A DNA stretch of 64,000 nucleotides from contig PAPT01000032.1 of assembly GCA_002708995.1 (NCBI GenBank), positions 100,039 to 164,038 of the forward strand, given 5' to 3'. The stretch is from Geminicoccus sp. (GTDB taxonomy: Bacteria; Pseudomonadota; Alphaproteobacteria; UBA7985). Numbering within the stretch: position 1 is the stretch's first letter; every line of letters starts with the position of its first letter. The translations under genes were made by a program, and so were the position numbers. The notes below the pieces were generated by a model that did no database searches, was not told the DNA's origin, and saw nothing but the letters and a program-made list of their open reading frames with translations. Of this stretch, positions 40,697-49,163 are shown piece by piece.

Positions 40697-41086
40697 ATGA
40701 CCCCTGAACCCGTTGTCGATACTGCTGCACGGCCAAGCCTGCGCGGTCGGTTGCTCGGCTGGCTCGCACTGGCGATCCAGGGGCTGGGCCTGCTCGGGCT
40801 GGTGCCGTCGGTCATCGCCTTCCTGATCGGGGTGGTGGTACTGGGGCCGGCGCAGGTTCTGGGTGCTTCGGTCGATGAAATCTGGTTCCAGACCAACGCC
40901 TTCAGCCTCGACCTGTTTCAGGTGTTTATCGAGCGAAAGCTGTTTTTCTGGCTGCCAAACCCGACCGATCCCTGGTTCAACGTGATTCGCCCCATCCTGT
41001 TCCGGCGTCCGGTCACCATCGCGCTCGCCGCCATTATTGTTTTCGCGCTGGGACGCGTGCTGCAGCGGGTCAGCCGCCGGGCCTGA
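40697..41086 (+). CDS. Small two-TM hypothetical membrane protein
   Basis: 129 aa, two hydrophobic helices around EIWFQTNAFSLDLFQVFIER; contains no His, so it is not MsrQ. Confidence 0.7.
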   Translation: MTPEPVVDTAARPSLRGRLLGWLALAIQGLGLLGLVPSVIAFLIGVVVLGPAQVLGASVDEIWFQTNAFSLDLFQVFIERKLFFWLPNPTDPWFNVIRPILFRRPVTIALAAIIVFALGRVLQRVSRRA

Positions 41087-41168
41087 AATAGGGCCTGAAA
41101 GCGCTGGCATCGCTGCGCGCGCCAATGCTACACCGCTGCTAACACAAGTCTGCGGGAGCACTACGACG

Positions 41169-42620
41169 ATGATCACCAAGCACACCTATGTCGGCGGACA
41201 GCCCCGCCCTTCGGGCCTCGAACCCTTCGACAAGCGCTACCCCGCCACCGGGGAAGTGATCGCGAAGATCGAACCGACATCGCTCGAACAGCTCGATGAG
41301 GTCATCGCCGAAGCCGCCGAAGCGCAGAAGGCCTGGGTCGCCCTGTCCGGCACCGAGCGTGGCCGGGTGCTGCTCCGCGCTGCGAAGATTCTGCAGGACC
41401 GCAACGAGGCGCTGTCCCGGGTCGAGGTGATGGACGTTGGCAAAGCCATCGCAGAGGCCGAGAGCGGCGACGTGCCCTCCGGCCCCGACGCGCTCGAGTA
41501 TTTCGGCGGCATCGCCCGCGATATGCCGGGGACCTTCCACACCTACCCCGGCGCGGTCGGCTTTACCCAGCGCGTGCCGCTGGGGGTCTGTGCCGGGATC
41601 GGCGCGTGGAACTACCCGACGCAGATCGCGTGCTGGAAAGCGGCCCCGGCGCTGGCCGCGGGTAACGCCTTCATTCATAAGCCGTCCGAGGAAACCCCAC
41701 TGGTCGCCTATGAGATCGCTGACGCCCTGACCGAAGCCGGTCTGCCCAGCGGCCTGTTCAGCATCGTGCAGGGTGACGCCACCATCGGCCGCGCGCTGTG
41801 CGAGCACCCTGGGGTCGCTAAGGTGTCGCTGACCGGCGGCGTCGACACCGGAAAGCTGATCATCAAGCAGTCTGCCGATACGCTGAAGAAGGTGACGCTC
41901 GAACTCGGCGGCAAGTCGCCGCTGATCGTGTTCGAAGACGCGAACCTCGATGATGCGGTCGGCGTGGCGCTGTCCGCGAATTTCTATACCGCGGGCGAGG
42001 TGTGCTCCAACGGCACGCGGGTGTTCGTGCACCGCTCGATCGCCGACAAGTTCCTCGCCGAAGTCGTCCGCCGCACCGCGAGCATCCGGGTCGGCGACCC
42101 CATGGACCGCGACGTGCAGGTGGGTGCGTTGATCTCCGAGACCCACATTAACAAGGTGCTGGAGTACATCGAAATCGGCAAGGCCGAGGGCGCGACCCTG
42201 TCCGCCGGGGGCAACCGGGTCCGGCCGCAGGGTTTCGAGAACGGCTACTTCGTCGAGCCGACCGTGTTCTCCGGCTGCACCGACAACATGCGTATCGTGC
42301 GTGAGGAGATTTTCGGCCCGGTGATGTCGGTGCTGGTCTTCGACGATGAGGACGAGGCCGTCAGCCGTGCCAACGACACCTTCTTCGGGCTGGGCGCGGG
42401 CCTGATGACCACGTCGCTGGCCCGGGCGCACCGGGTTGCCAACCAGCTGCAGTCCGGCTCGGTCTGGGTCAACACCTACAATATCTGCCCGCCGGATCTG
42501 CCCTTTGGCGGGTCCAAGCAGAGTGGCTTCGGGCGGGAGAACAGCCGCTTCGCCCTGGAAGGCTACACCGAAGTGCGTTCGACCTACATGGACCTCAACA
42601 ATTTCGAGGGCGCTTACTGA
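41169..42620 (+). CDS. betB: Betaine-aldehyde dehydrogenase
   Basis: GIGAWNYP.QIACWK, LELGGKSP, GEVCSNGTRVFV, EEIFGPV. Confidence 0.9.
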   Translation: MITKHTYVGGQPRPSGLEPFDKRYPATGEVIAKIEPTSLEQLDEVIAEAAEAQKAWVALSGTERGRVLLRAAKILQDRNEALSRVEVMDVGKAIAEAESGDVPSGPDALEYFGGIARDMPGTFHTYPGAVGFTQRVPLGVCAGIGAWNYPTQIACWKAAPALAAGNAFIHKPSEETPLVAYEIADALTEAGLPSGLFSIVQGDATIGRALCEHPGVAKVSLTGGVDTGKLIIKQSADTLKKVTLELGGKSPLIVFEDANLDDAVGVALSANFYTAGEVCSNGTRVFVHRSIADKFLAEVVRRTASIRVGDPMDRDVQVGALISETHINKVLEYIEIGKAEGATLSAGGNRVRPQGFENGYFVEPTVFSGCTDNMRIVREEIFGPVMSVLVFDDEDEAVSRANDTFFGLGAGLMTTSLARAHRVANQLQSGSVWVNTYNICPPDLPFGGSKQSGFGRENSRFALEGYTEVRSTYMDLNNFEGAY

Positions 42621-42652
42621 CCGCGTCGTGGCAGCGCCCTTTTCGAGCCAAG

Positions 42653-42686
42653 AAAAAAGCCCGCAGCGGTTGCTGCGGGCTTTTTC
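42653..42686. terminator. Bidirectional intrinsic terminator between betB and rpmA
   Basis: AAAAAAGCCCGCAGC-GGTT-GCTGCGGGCTTTTT. Confidence 0.9.
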
Positions 42687-42726
42687 ATATTTTGTCTCAG
42701 TCAGAACAGCGGTGCGGTGTCTGACC

Positions 42727-43407
42727 TCAGGCCATATCGGCGGCAGCTTTGGACCAGTCGCCGAGCTTGGATGCCGCGAGGCCGGTCTCGCCAGCGAGCC
42801 ACTCCAGATCGGCATCGGAGAAACCGCTGAGCTGGGCGTACATATAGACGCCTGCGCCGTTGAGGGCTTCGACAGCCTTCGGACCGAGGCCTTTGATCGC
42901 CTTCAGGTCGTCAGCGTCGGCCGGTGCCTTCTTCAGCAGGCCCTTGGGCGCGCCGCTAGCCTTTGCCGGAGCCGCAACCTTCTCTGCCTTTGGCTTGGCA
43001 GCGGCTTTGGGCTTGGCTTCAGCCTTTTCCTCTGCTGGTGCCTTCACCGCTTTCTTGGAAATCGAGGCCGAAGCAACGGCAACCGCAGCAGCAGCCTTGG
43101 CCGTCGCAGTCGGTGCACCTATCTTCTTGTTGCTCGAAGCCGGGGTGTTCGGGTTTTCGTCTACGATGGACACCAGCGAACGACCGCGCTGGCCGACGTG
43201 GAACTTCACGTAGCCATCGGACAGGGCAAACAGCGTGTGGTCACGGCCCAGGCCCATGTTGGCGCCCGGGTGAAACTTGGTGCCACGCTGGCGCACGATG
43301 ATATTGCCAGCTGTGACAGCTTCGCCGCCGAAGCGCTTGACGCCGAGGCGCTTGCTTTCTGAGTCGCGACCGTTGCGCGAACTACCGCCTGCTTTCTTAT
43401 GTGCCAT
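42727..43407 (-). CDS. rpmA: 50S ribosomal protein bL27 with C-terminal Ala/Lys linker and HhH-type domain
   Basis: [16 protein letters not shown]...[15 protein letters not shown]...GRDHTLFA followed by ~140 extra aa ending [29 protein letters not shown]. Confidence 0.95.
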   Translation of the reverse strand: MAHKKAGGSSRNGRDSESKRLGVKRFGGEAVTAGNIIVRQRGTKFHPGANMGLGRDHTLFALSDGYVKFHVGQRGRSLVSIVDENPNTPASSNKKIGAPTATAKAAAAVAVASASISKKAVKAPAEEKAEAKPKAAAKPKAEKVAAPAKASGAPKGLLKKAPADADDLKAIKGLGPKAVEALNGAGVYMYAQLSGFSDADLEWLAGETGLAASKLGDWSKAAADMA

Positions 43408-43446
43408 GTTCTGGCTCCCTCTGGGGACATCTCGGATCAGACGCCG

Positions 43447-43475
43447 TATTTAGAGCCTGCTCGCGGCTTTGTCCA
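43447..43475 (-). promoter_or_regulatory. sigma70-type promoter of rpmA
   Basis: Minus strand TGGACA-N17-TAAATA, about 40 bp upstream of the rpmA ATG. Confidence 0.6.
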
Positions 43476-43517
43476 CCTGCGTCGCGTGCATGAAAGCCAG
43501 CCCTCAGCGTCCTAGCC

Positions 43518-45431
43518 TCAGCCCAGATACATGACGTGCGTTTCCGGTAGCGCGTAGACCGGTTCGCCGCTGTACAGCGTCAGTTGATCACCGGTGTTGA
43601 AGTCCATGACGACGGCGTAGCCGTCATAGCGGGTCGTATAATCAGAGGGGGCAAAGCCAACCAATGCGATTTCGTCCACGCCCGATTCGAAATCACCCAC
43701 CTCGTCGATGCCATAACCCGGGGCGAACACGAACACATCCGCACCGCCACCGCCGTAGAGATAATCACGGCCCGGGCCGGGGTCGAGACGGTTGCCGACC
43801 TCGTTGCCAAAGAGGCTGTCGTTGCCCGACCCCGTGGTGGCGTTCTCGATCACCACGTCCAGCGCGATCCCAAGGTTGCCGTAGCTGTAATCGCGCATCA
43901 GGTCGGTCAGCTCGTAGAGCTCCGAGGTTGCGTCGGAGAACACCACTTCGAAGGCGACCCCGCCCGCCCAGTATCCGGGGGCATCAGAAACGATCGCCAG
44001 CTCGGTTTCATCGGCTGAGATTTCTGCGGACAAGTGACTACCGCCGCTCAGGATATTGACGCTGTGGATGGTCACCGGGTTGTCGGTCAGCTCTTCGACC
44101 TGACGCACCCAACGGGCCTGCGGCGGCGCGCCGACAAGGCTAAGCTTGCCAGCATTCAGGTCGATCGACGCGTTGCCGAAGCCGGTGTGGCGGAATTCGT
44201 CGATCCCGCCAGCATCCCAGATGGTCTCGAACACCGGTGTATCGCCGTCGAAGGTATAGACCGTATTGTCGGCCCGGGTGGTCATGTTGGCACCGTAAAG
44301 GTGCTGCAGCGCCGCGATGTCGTAGATCATCGGCTGCGCGGGCGACTGCCCGCCTTCGCCGGTGGACCAGGACAGTTCGCCGCCCATGATGGTGTAGAGG
44401 TCGTCGGCCATCCAAGGGTCCATCTGCCGCCCCTCGAAGGCGTGGTCCAATCCCAGCGCGTGCCCGATCTCGTGCGCTAGCACCGTAGCGCCGCCGCCCA
44501 GTGGGTCTTCGAAGTAGAAATCGCGCATGCTCCCGGGGTCGAGGTGGATGTCGCCGCTGTCTTCGACCGCGCGTGGATCGTCTCCGGCCGGGACCATCGC
44601 CCAGCCTTCGGTCATGCCGGTAGGGTCATCGGCGAAGCCGCCACGGTCGTAGGCGAGGTTGATGTGACCGCGGTTGAGGCCGTCGGCGGTGTAAGTGCCT
44701 GCGCCCTGATCAGTGACTTCGGTCAGCTGGATGTTGGCGACCTCCTCGATCGAGGCCATGATCTCGCGGGTGCGTTCCTGTTCCAGCGTGCCGAAGGGCT
44801 GGATGCCGGCGAAACTGGTGCTCGGCATGGACTCGACTGCGAACGAGTATGTCAGCTCGACCGGCTGGTTGTAGGTGCCGCTGCCGTTCCAGTGCGCGAT
44901 CGGGGAAACGGGGTCGTCCTCGGGGAACAGCAGCGCATCGATGTTCGGATCACCGGTGAAGTAGGGGTCGGTGGGGGCTGGCGGTCTCGGCGGCCCCCAA
45001 GGGTCACCACCTTCGGAGAACAGGGCCAGCGCGAGACTACCCATCGTGAACAGTCCTGCCGCAGCGAAGGCGCCGCCTGCAATCCACTCGATGGGTTCAA
45101 GATCGAAGGGGCGCGTGCGCGCGCTCGCCATCAGCATCGACTGTGTCGGGCTCAGATTGCTCTGCCCGGCGAGGGCGTTGGGGTCGATACTGCCGTCATC
45201 CCTGAGCATGGCCAGTGCTTCGCGCACCGGCGCAGGGACGTCTTCTGCTGCGAGCAGGGTTTCGCCGTCGGGACCGCTGGCACGGTAGGTCCCGGGGGTC
45301 AGCTGCTCGTAGTCGATGCCGTTGAACAGCAAGGCGCCGGCCGGTTCCGCCACGGCGATCCCCGCACCAGCAGCCAGCAGCAGGGGGCGTCGCCGGCGTG
45401 GCCTGTAACCGCGTTGCTTTCGCTTTGACAT
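43518..45431 (-). CDS. M10B serralysin-like zinc metalloprotease with RTX repeats
   Basis: HEIGHALGLDH, YDIAALQHLYGAN, TIWDAGGID, IENATTGSGND, GGGGADVFVF; start placed at ATG 45431. Confidence 0.88.
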   Translation of the reverse strand: MSKRKQRGYRPRRRRPLLLAAGAGIAVAEPAGALLFNGIDYEQLTPGTYRASGPDGETLLAAEDVPAPVREALAMLRDDGSIDPNALAGQSNLSPTQSMLMASARTRPFDLEPIEWIAGGAFAAAGLFTMGSLALALFSEGGDPWGPPRPPAPTDPYFTGDPNIDALLFPEDDPVSPIAHWNGSGTYNQPVELTYSFAVESMPSTSFAGIQPFGTLEQERTREIMASIEEVANIQLTEVTDQGAGTYTADGLNRGHINLAYDRGGFADDPTGMTEGWAMVPAGDDPRAVEDSGDIHLDPGSMRDFYFEDPLGGGATVLAHEIGHALGLDHAFEGRQMDPWMADDLYTIMGGELSWSTGEGGQSPAQPMIYDIAALQHLYGANMTTRADNTVYTFDGDTPVFETIWDAGGIDEFRHTGFGNASIDLNAGKLSLVGAPPQARWVRQVEELTDNPVTIHSVNILSGGSHLSAEISADETELAIVSDAPGYWAGGVAFEVVFSDATSELYELTDLMRDYSYGNLGIALDVVIENATTGSGNDSLFGNEVGNRLDPGPGRDYLYGGGGADVFVFAPGYGIDEVGDFESGVDEIALVGFAPSDYTTRYDGYAVVMDFNTGDQLTLYSGEPVYALPETHVMYLG

Positions 45432-45546
45432 TGACCCATTCCACCTTTTGTCGGTGCCCAGAGTGAACCCAGTCTGCCTCAAAGTCATGGCGGAAATGGG
45501 TTCGGCGAGGGTGGAAAGCGGTCATAAAGCTCTGATAAACAAGGGT

Positions 45547-46683
45547 ATGACCCGCACTCAGGACCAGAGCCAGCCCCAGAAACAGCACACCGGAGAGACC
45601 CGGCGGCCCGACCCGCTTGGCGACCGGCGGCTGTCGGTTGCGCCGATGATGGACTGGACAGACCGGCACTGCCGCGCCTTCCACCGACTGCTGTCGCGGG
45701 AAACCCTGCTCTACACCGAGATGGTGACCACCGGCGCTTTGCTGCACGGGGACGTGCCTCGGCATCTGGATTTCGACGCGGCCGAACACCCGGTAGCGTT
45801 GCAGCTGGGTGGGTCCGAACCGGCCGACATGGCGGCTTCGGCCCGGCTGGGTGAGCGCTGGGGCTACCACGAGATCAACATGAACGTCGGCTGCCCGTCC
45901 GACCGGGTTCAGCGGGGGACGTTTGGGGCCTGCCTGATGGCGGAGCCGGGGCTGGTTGCCGCCAATGTTGCCGCCATGCGCGATGCCGTCAGCATCCCCG
46001 TTACCGTCAAGTGCCGGATCGGCATCGATGATCAGGACAGCGAGGCCGCGCTGACCGACTTCGTCGGACAGGTCAGTGAGAAGGGTGGCTGCAGCCGCTT
46101 CATCATCCACGCCCGCAAGGCGTGGCTGCAGGGCCTGAGCCCCAAGGAAAACCGCGATATCCCGCCGCTCGACTATGGCCGCGTGGCGCGGCTCAAGCAG
46201 CAGTTTCCGCACCTGCACGTCGGCATCAATGGTGGAGTTCTCGACCTCGACACCGCGCGGGTTCTTCTGCGTGATGGGCCAGAGCCCGAAGGCGCTGGGG
46301 AGAGCGAGGGCGATCGCCTTCGACTCGGACCGCTCGACAGCGTCATGATCGGCCGCGCGGCCTATCAGAACCCGTGGCTGCTCGCGGAGGCTGACGGGCT
46401 GATCTTCGGCCAGCCGGCAGCTTCGGCGCCCGAGAGCCGCCACGCGGTGATCGAGGCCTTTCTGCCCTATCTGGAGGCGCAGTGCGCGCGCGGCGTGCCG
46501 CTGCACGCCATGACCCGGCACATTCTGGGGCTGTTCAACGGCCAGCCCGGCGCGCGGCTGTGGCGGCGCTATATTTCCGAGAATGCGCCCAGCCGGACAG
46601 CGGGGCCGGAGGTGATGCGTCAGGCGCTGGCCTTCGTCTCCGGCGATGCCCGCTCAGAGACCGAAGCCACCAGAGCCGGGTAG
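45547..46683 (+). CDS. dusA: tRNA-dihydrouridine(20/20a) synthase DusA
   Basis: SVAPMMDWTDRHCR, NVGCPSDRVQ, HARKAWLQGLSPKENRDIPPLDY; start uncertain. Confidence 0.93.
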   Translation: MTRTQDQSQPQKQHTGETRRPDPLGDRRLSVAPMMDWTDRHCRAFHRLLSRETLLYTEMVTTGALLHGDVPRHLDFDAAEHPVALQLGGSEPADMAASARLGERWGYHEINMNVGCPSDRVQRGTFGACLMAEPGLVAANVAAMRDAVSIPVTVKCRIGIDDQDSEAALTDFVGQVSEKGGCSRFIIHARKAWLQGLSPKENRDIPPLDYGRVARLKQQFPHLHVGINGGVLDLDTARVLLRDGPEPEGAGESEGDRLRLGPLDSVMIGRAAYQNPWLLAEADGLIFGQPAASAPESRHAVIEAFLPYLEAQCARGVPLHAMTRHILGLFNGQPGARLWRRYISENAPSRTAGPEVMRQALAFVSGDARSETEATRAG

Positions 46684-48014
46684 CGCAGCATCAGGACTAC
46701 GCCGCGCGCCTTCATGAAGCCGACGACACTGATCAACAGGCCGTGCATGCCCAGCCAGGGCACCAGCACCAGCACCAGAGCCGTCTGGACCACCAGCCCA
46801 GCAATCACCGAATCCCGCATGTCGCCAGCTCGGGTCGCGCCGAGAAAGATGCCGTCAAGCATGAAGGCTGCGGTCATATAGAACCCGCTGAAGTAAATGT
46901 AGGGCATGAGCTCCCGGCTCAGCGCCAGCACGTCGGGCAGTTTGGTGATGTAGGCCAGCGCCCCGCTCCCCGCCGTGGCGAAAATCACGGCCGCGATCAC
47001 CGACGACACCAGCGACCAGAATACCACCAGCCGGGTGGAGCGCAGCAGCCGGTCACGCCGCCCCGCACCCACGGCCTCGCCAGAGAAGGCTTCAGCAGCA
47101 ACGGCAAAGGCGTCCATGCCATAGACGATCAGGCCGAACATCTGCCAGAGCACGGCGAGAGTGTCGGTGCTGACACCGTCCAGCCCCCCACGCTGGTCCA
47201 GCCAGTCGGCGGCTTTGAACAGTACCAGAAAGGCCACGGCGATGGCGAGGCTGCGCAGGAAGAAATTGGTGTTGGTGGAGAACAGCTTGAGCCAGTCAGC
47301 CCGCTGCCAGATGCCGTCGAGCCCGGACCTGCCCGCGCGGCCGATGATGCCGAGGCGGAGCAGGATCAGCCCGCCCAGCGCGACGCCGGCATAGCTGGCG
47401 ATGACACTGCCCAGCGCCACCCCGGCCACGCCCATATCGAGCACCAGCACCAGCCACGCAGACACTGCGATGTTGGTCAGGTTGATGAAGGCCTGGAGCA
47501 ACAGCACCACTCCGGTCCGCTGGTGCCCGACCAGCCAGCCGAAGCAGACGAAGCTGAACAGGACCGCTGGGGCCGCCCAGATCCGGATGCCGAGATAGGT
47601 CTCCACCGAGGGCCGCAGGTCGGTCTGCCAGCCCATGACGCTATTCAGGCCGAACCAGAACAGGGGGGCCAGCAGCCACAGCAGCGCCCCGCCGACGCCG
47701 GCGATGATCAGGCCCCGCCACAGCACGGCGAACAGCCTTTGCTCATTCTGCTCACCGAAAGCTTGCGCGGTGTAGCCGCCGGTCGATAGGCGCAGGAAAC
47801 CGAGTGTCCAGAAGGTGAAGGTGAAAATCTGACTGGCGAGGGCGACCCCACCCTGCAGGCCGGCCGTTTCCAGCTGTCCCACGATGGCCACGTCGGCCAG
47901 CGACAGCAGCGGTTCGGTAATGCCGCTGAGGAAAGCCGGGAAGGCTACGGCGACGACCCGGCCGTGGGTGATGGGGCGCAGGGCCTTGGAAGACAGCGGC
48001 TGTTGTTGCGTCAT
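46620..48014 (-). CDS. MATE family efflux transporter (DinF-like)
   Basis: ITEPLLSLADVAIVG, GFLRLSTGG.TAQAFG, DGIFLGATR; about 12 TMs. Confidence 0.9.
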   Translation of the reverse strand: MTQQQPLSSKALRPITHGRVVAVAFPAFLSGITEPLLSLADVAIVGQLETAGLQGGVALASQIFTFTFWTLGFLRLSTGGYTAQAFGEQNEQRLFAVLWRGLIIAGVGGALLWLLAPLFWFGLNSVMGWQTDLRPSVETYLGIRIWAAPAVLFSFVCFGWLVGHQRTGVVLLLQAFINLTNIAVSAWLVLVLDMGVAGVALGSVIASYAGVALGGLILLRLGIIGRAGRSGLDGIWQRADWLKLFSTNTNFFLRSLAIAVAFLVLFKAADWLDQRGGLDGVSTDTLAVLWQMFGLIVYGMDAFAVAAEAFSGEAVGAGRRDRLLRSTRLVVFWSLVSSVIAAVIFATAGSGALAYITKLPDVLALSRELMPYIYFSGFYMTAAFMLDGIFLGATRAGDMRDSVIAGLVVQTALVLVLVPWLGMHGLLISVVGFMKARGVVLMLRYPALVASVSERASPETKASA

Positions 48015-48322
48015 GGTCCCTCTGAGCGCCTGTCGACCCGCAAAGATCAGCACAGATCGGCGGGTGAATAGTCCTTCGACACCAGAATAAAGGTGTTCAC
48101 AAGCAGAGACTAACCCGCGCGGCTGGTTCTGGGCTACGACTCGAGTGCCTAAGGCCCTCAGACTCCGAAATTTCCTGCAACAATATAAAATTAGAAACAA
48201 ACGGCGCGGTGCACTTTTCAGGAGAAAGCCATGAAAAAAACACGCTTTAAGGACGCGATAAACGCATAATTGATGCCTCTATGCAACAGATATACCGGTT
48301 TTTGATTAAAACGGCGGTAACA

Positions 48323-48474
48323 TGGGTCTTCGATTCTTGCTCGGGACTCGGGAAGACCTACCCTGATTCGCGAAAGTGAGCAGAGCAACTCAATTGCGTT
48401 GCTTTTCTAATGCGCTTTCAGCGTTTCCTCCCCCTCGAAGGGTCCGAGCCTTCAATGGTTTCGGGCCCTTTTTT
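48323..48474 (+). ncRNA. Candidate trans-acting sRNA, SuhB/MmgR (alpha-r8)-like
   Basis: Three consecutive hairpins, an unpaired TTTCCTCCCC tract, then a GC stem with T-tail; no plus-strand CDS upstream. 5' end uncertain. Confidence 0.65.
48438..48474 (+). terminator. Intrinsic terminator of the candidate sRNA
   Basis: AAGGGTCCGAGCC-TTCAAT-GGTTTCGGGCCCTTTTTT. Confidence 0.8.
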
Positions 48475-48531
48475 CTGCCCGCTGCCGACAGGCTGCTCAA
48501 GGACCTGCGGCAAAGCCCGCAGCGGGATCGA

Positions 48532-49077
48532 TCACTCGCCCAGAGCCAGCGCCAGCTTAAACAGCACCGTGGGCGCCCATTTGCGGAACTTCCGACCGAT
48601 ATTGGTGAGAAAACCGACTTGCTTGAAGCCATAACCAAGGTGAAACCGCACCGATGGATTGTCTTCGATAGCGATGTCGGGATCGAGGCTGACGACGGCC
48701 AGCATGGTCTTCATGCCCAGCTCGCGACAGCGGTCGGTGACCGCGTCCATCAGCCGCCGGCCTAGCCCCACTCCCTGTGCATCCGGGTGGACGTAGATCG
48801 AGCTCTCCACGGAGAACCGGTAGGCCGTTCGCGGGCGGTAGGGGCTGGCGTAAGCATAGCCGATGATCCGGCCGGTCGCGGCATCTTCGGCAACGAGGTA
48901 GGGCAGGCCCTTGTCCAGCACAGCTTCGGCGCGGGCCTGCATCTCGGTGGGTGTCGGCGGCACTTCCTCGAAACTGATGAAGGTGTTCAGCACGAACGGC
49001 GCGTAGATCGCGGCGAGGGCGTCGGCGTCAGGTGCCGGGTTCACCGGGCGCAGGATCGGGGTCATGGTCGTCGGCAT
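48532..49077 (-). CDS. GNAT acetyltransferase (phosphinothricin/YncA-like)
   Basis: ISFEEVPPT..EM, GYAYASPYRPRTAYRFSVESSIYV, QGVGLGR, S..FH...GF. Confidence 0.9.
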   Translation of the reverse strand: MPTTMTPILRPVNPAPDADALAAIYAPFVLNTFISFEEVPPTPTEMQARAEAVLDKGLPYLVAEDAATGRIIGYAYASPYRPRTAYRFSVESSIYVHPDAQGVGLGRRLMDAVTDRCRELGMKTMLAVVSLDPDIAIEDNPSVRFHLGYGFKQVGFLTNIGRKFRKWAPTVLFKLALALGE

Positions 49078-49163
49078 CCTCGTCGCACGGGTGATGATTT
49101 TTGCGCTCTGCGGTGTACTTTCTTACAACAGTCTCCGTCCACGTCAGAAACCAAAGAAGTCCC

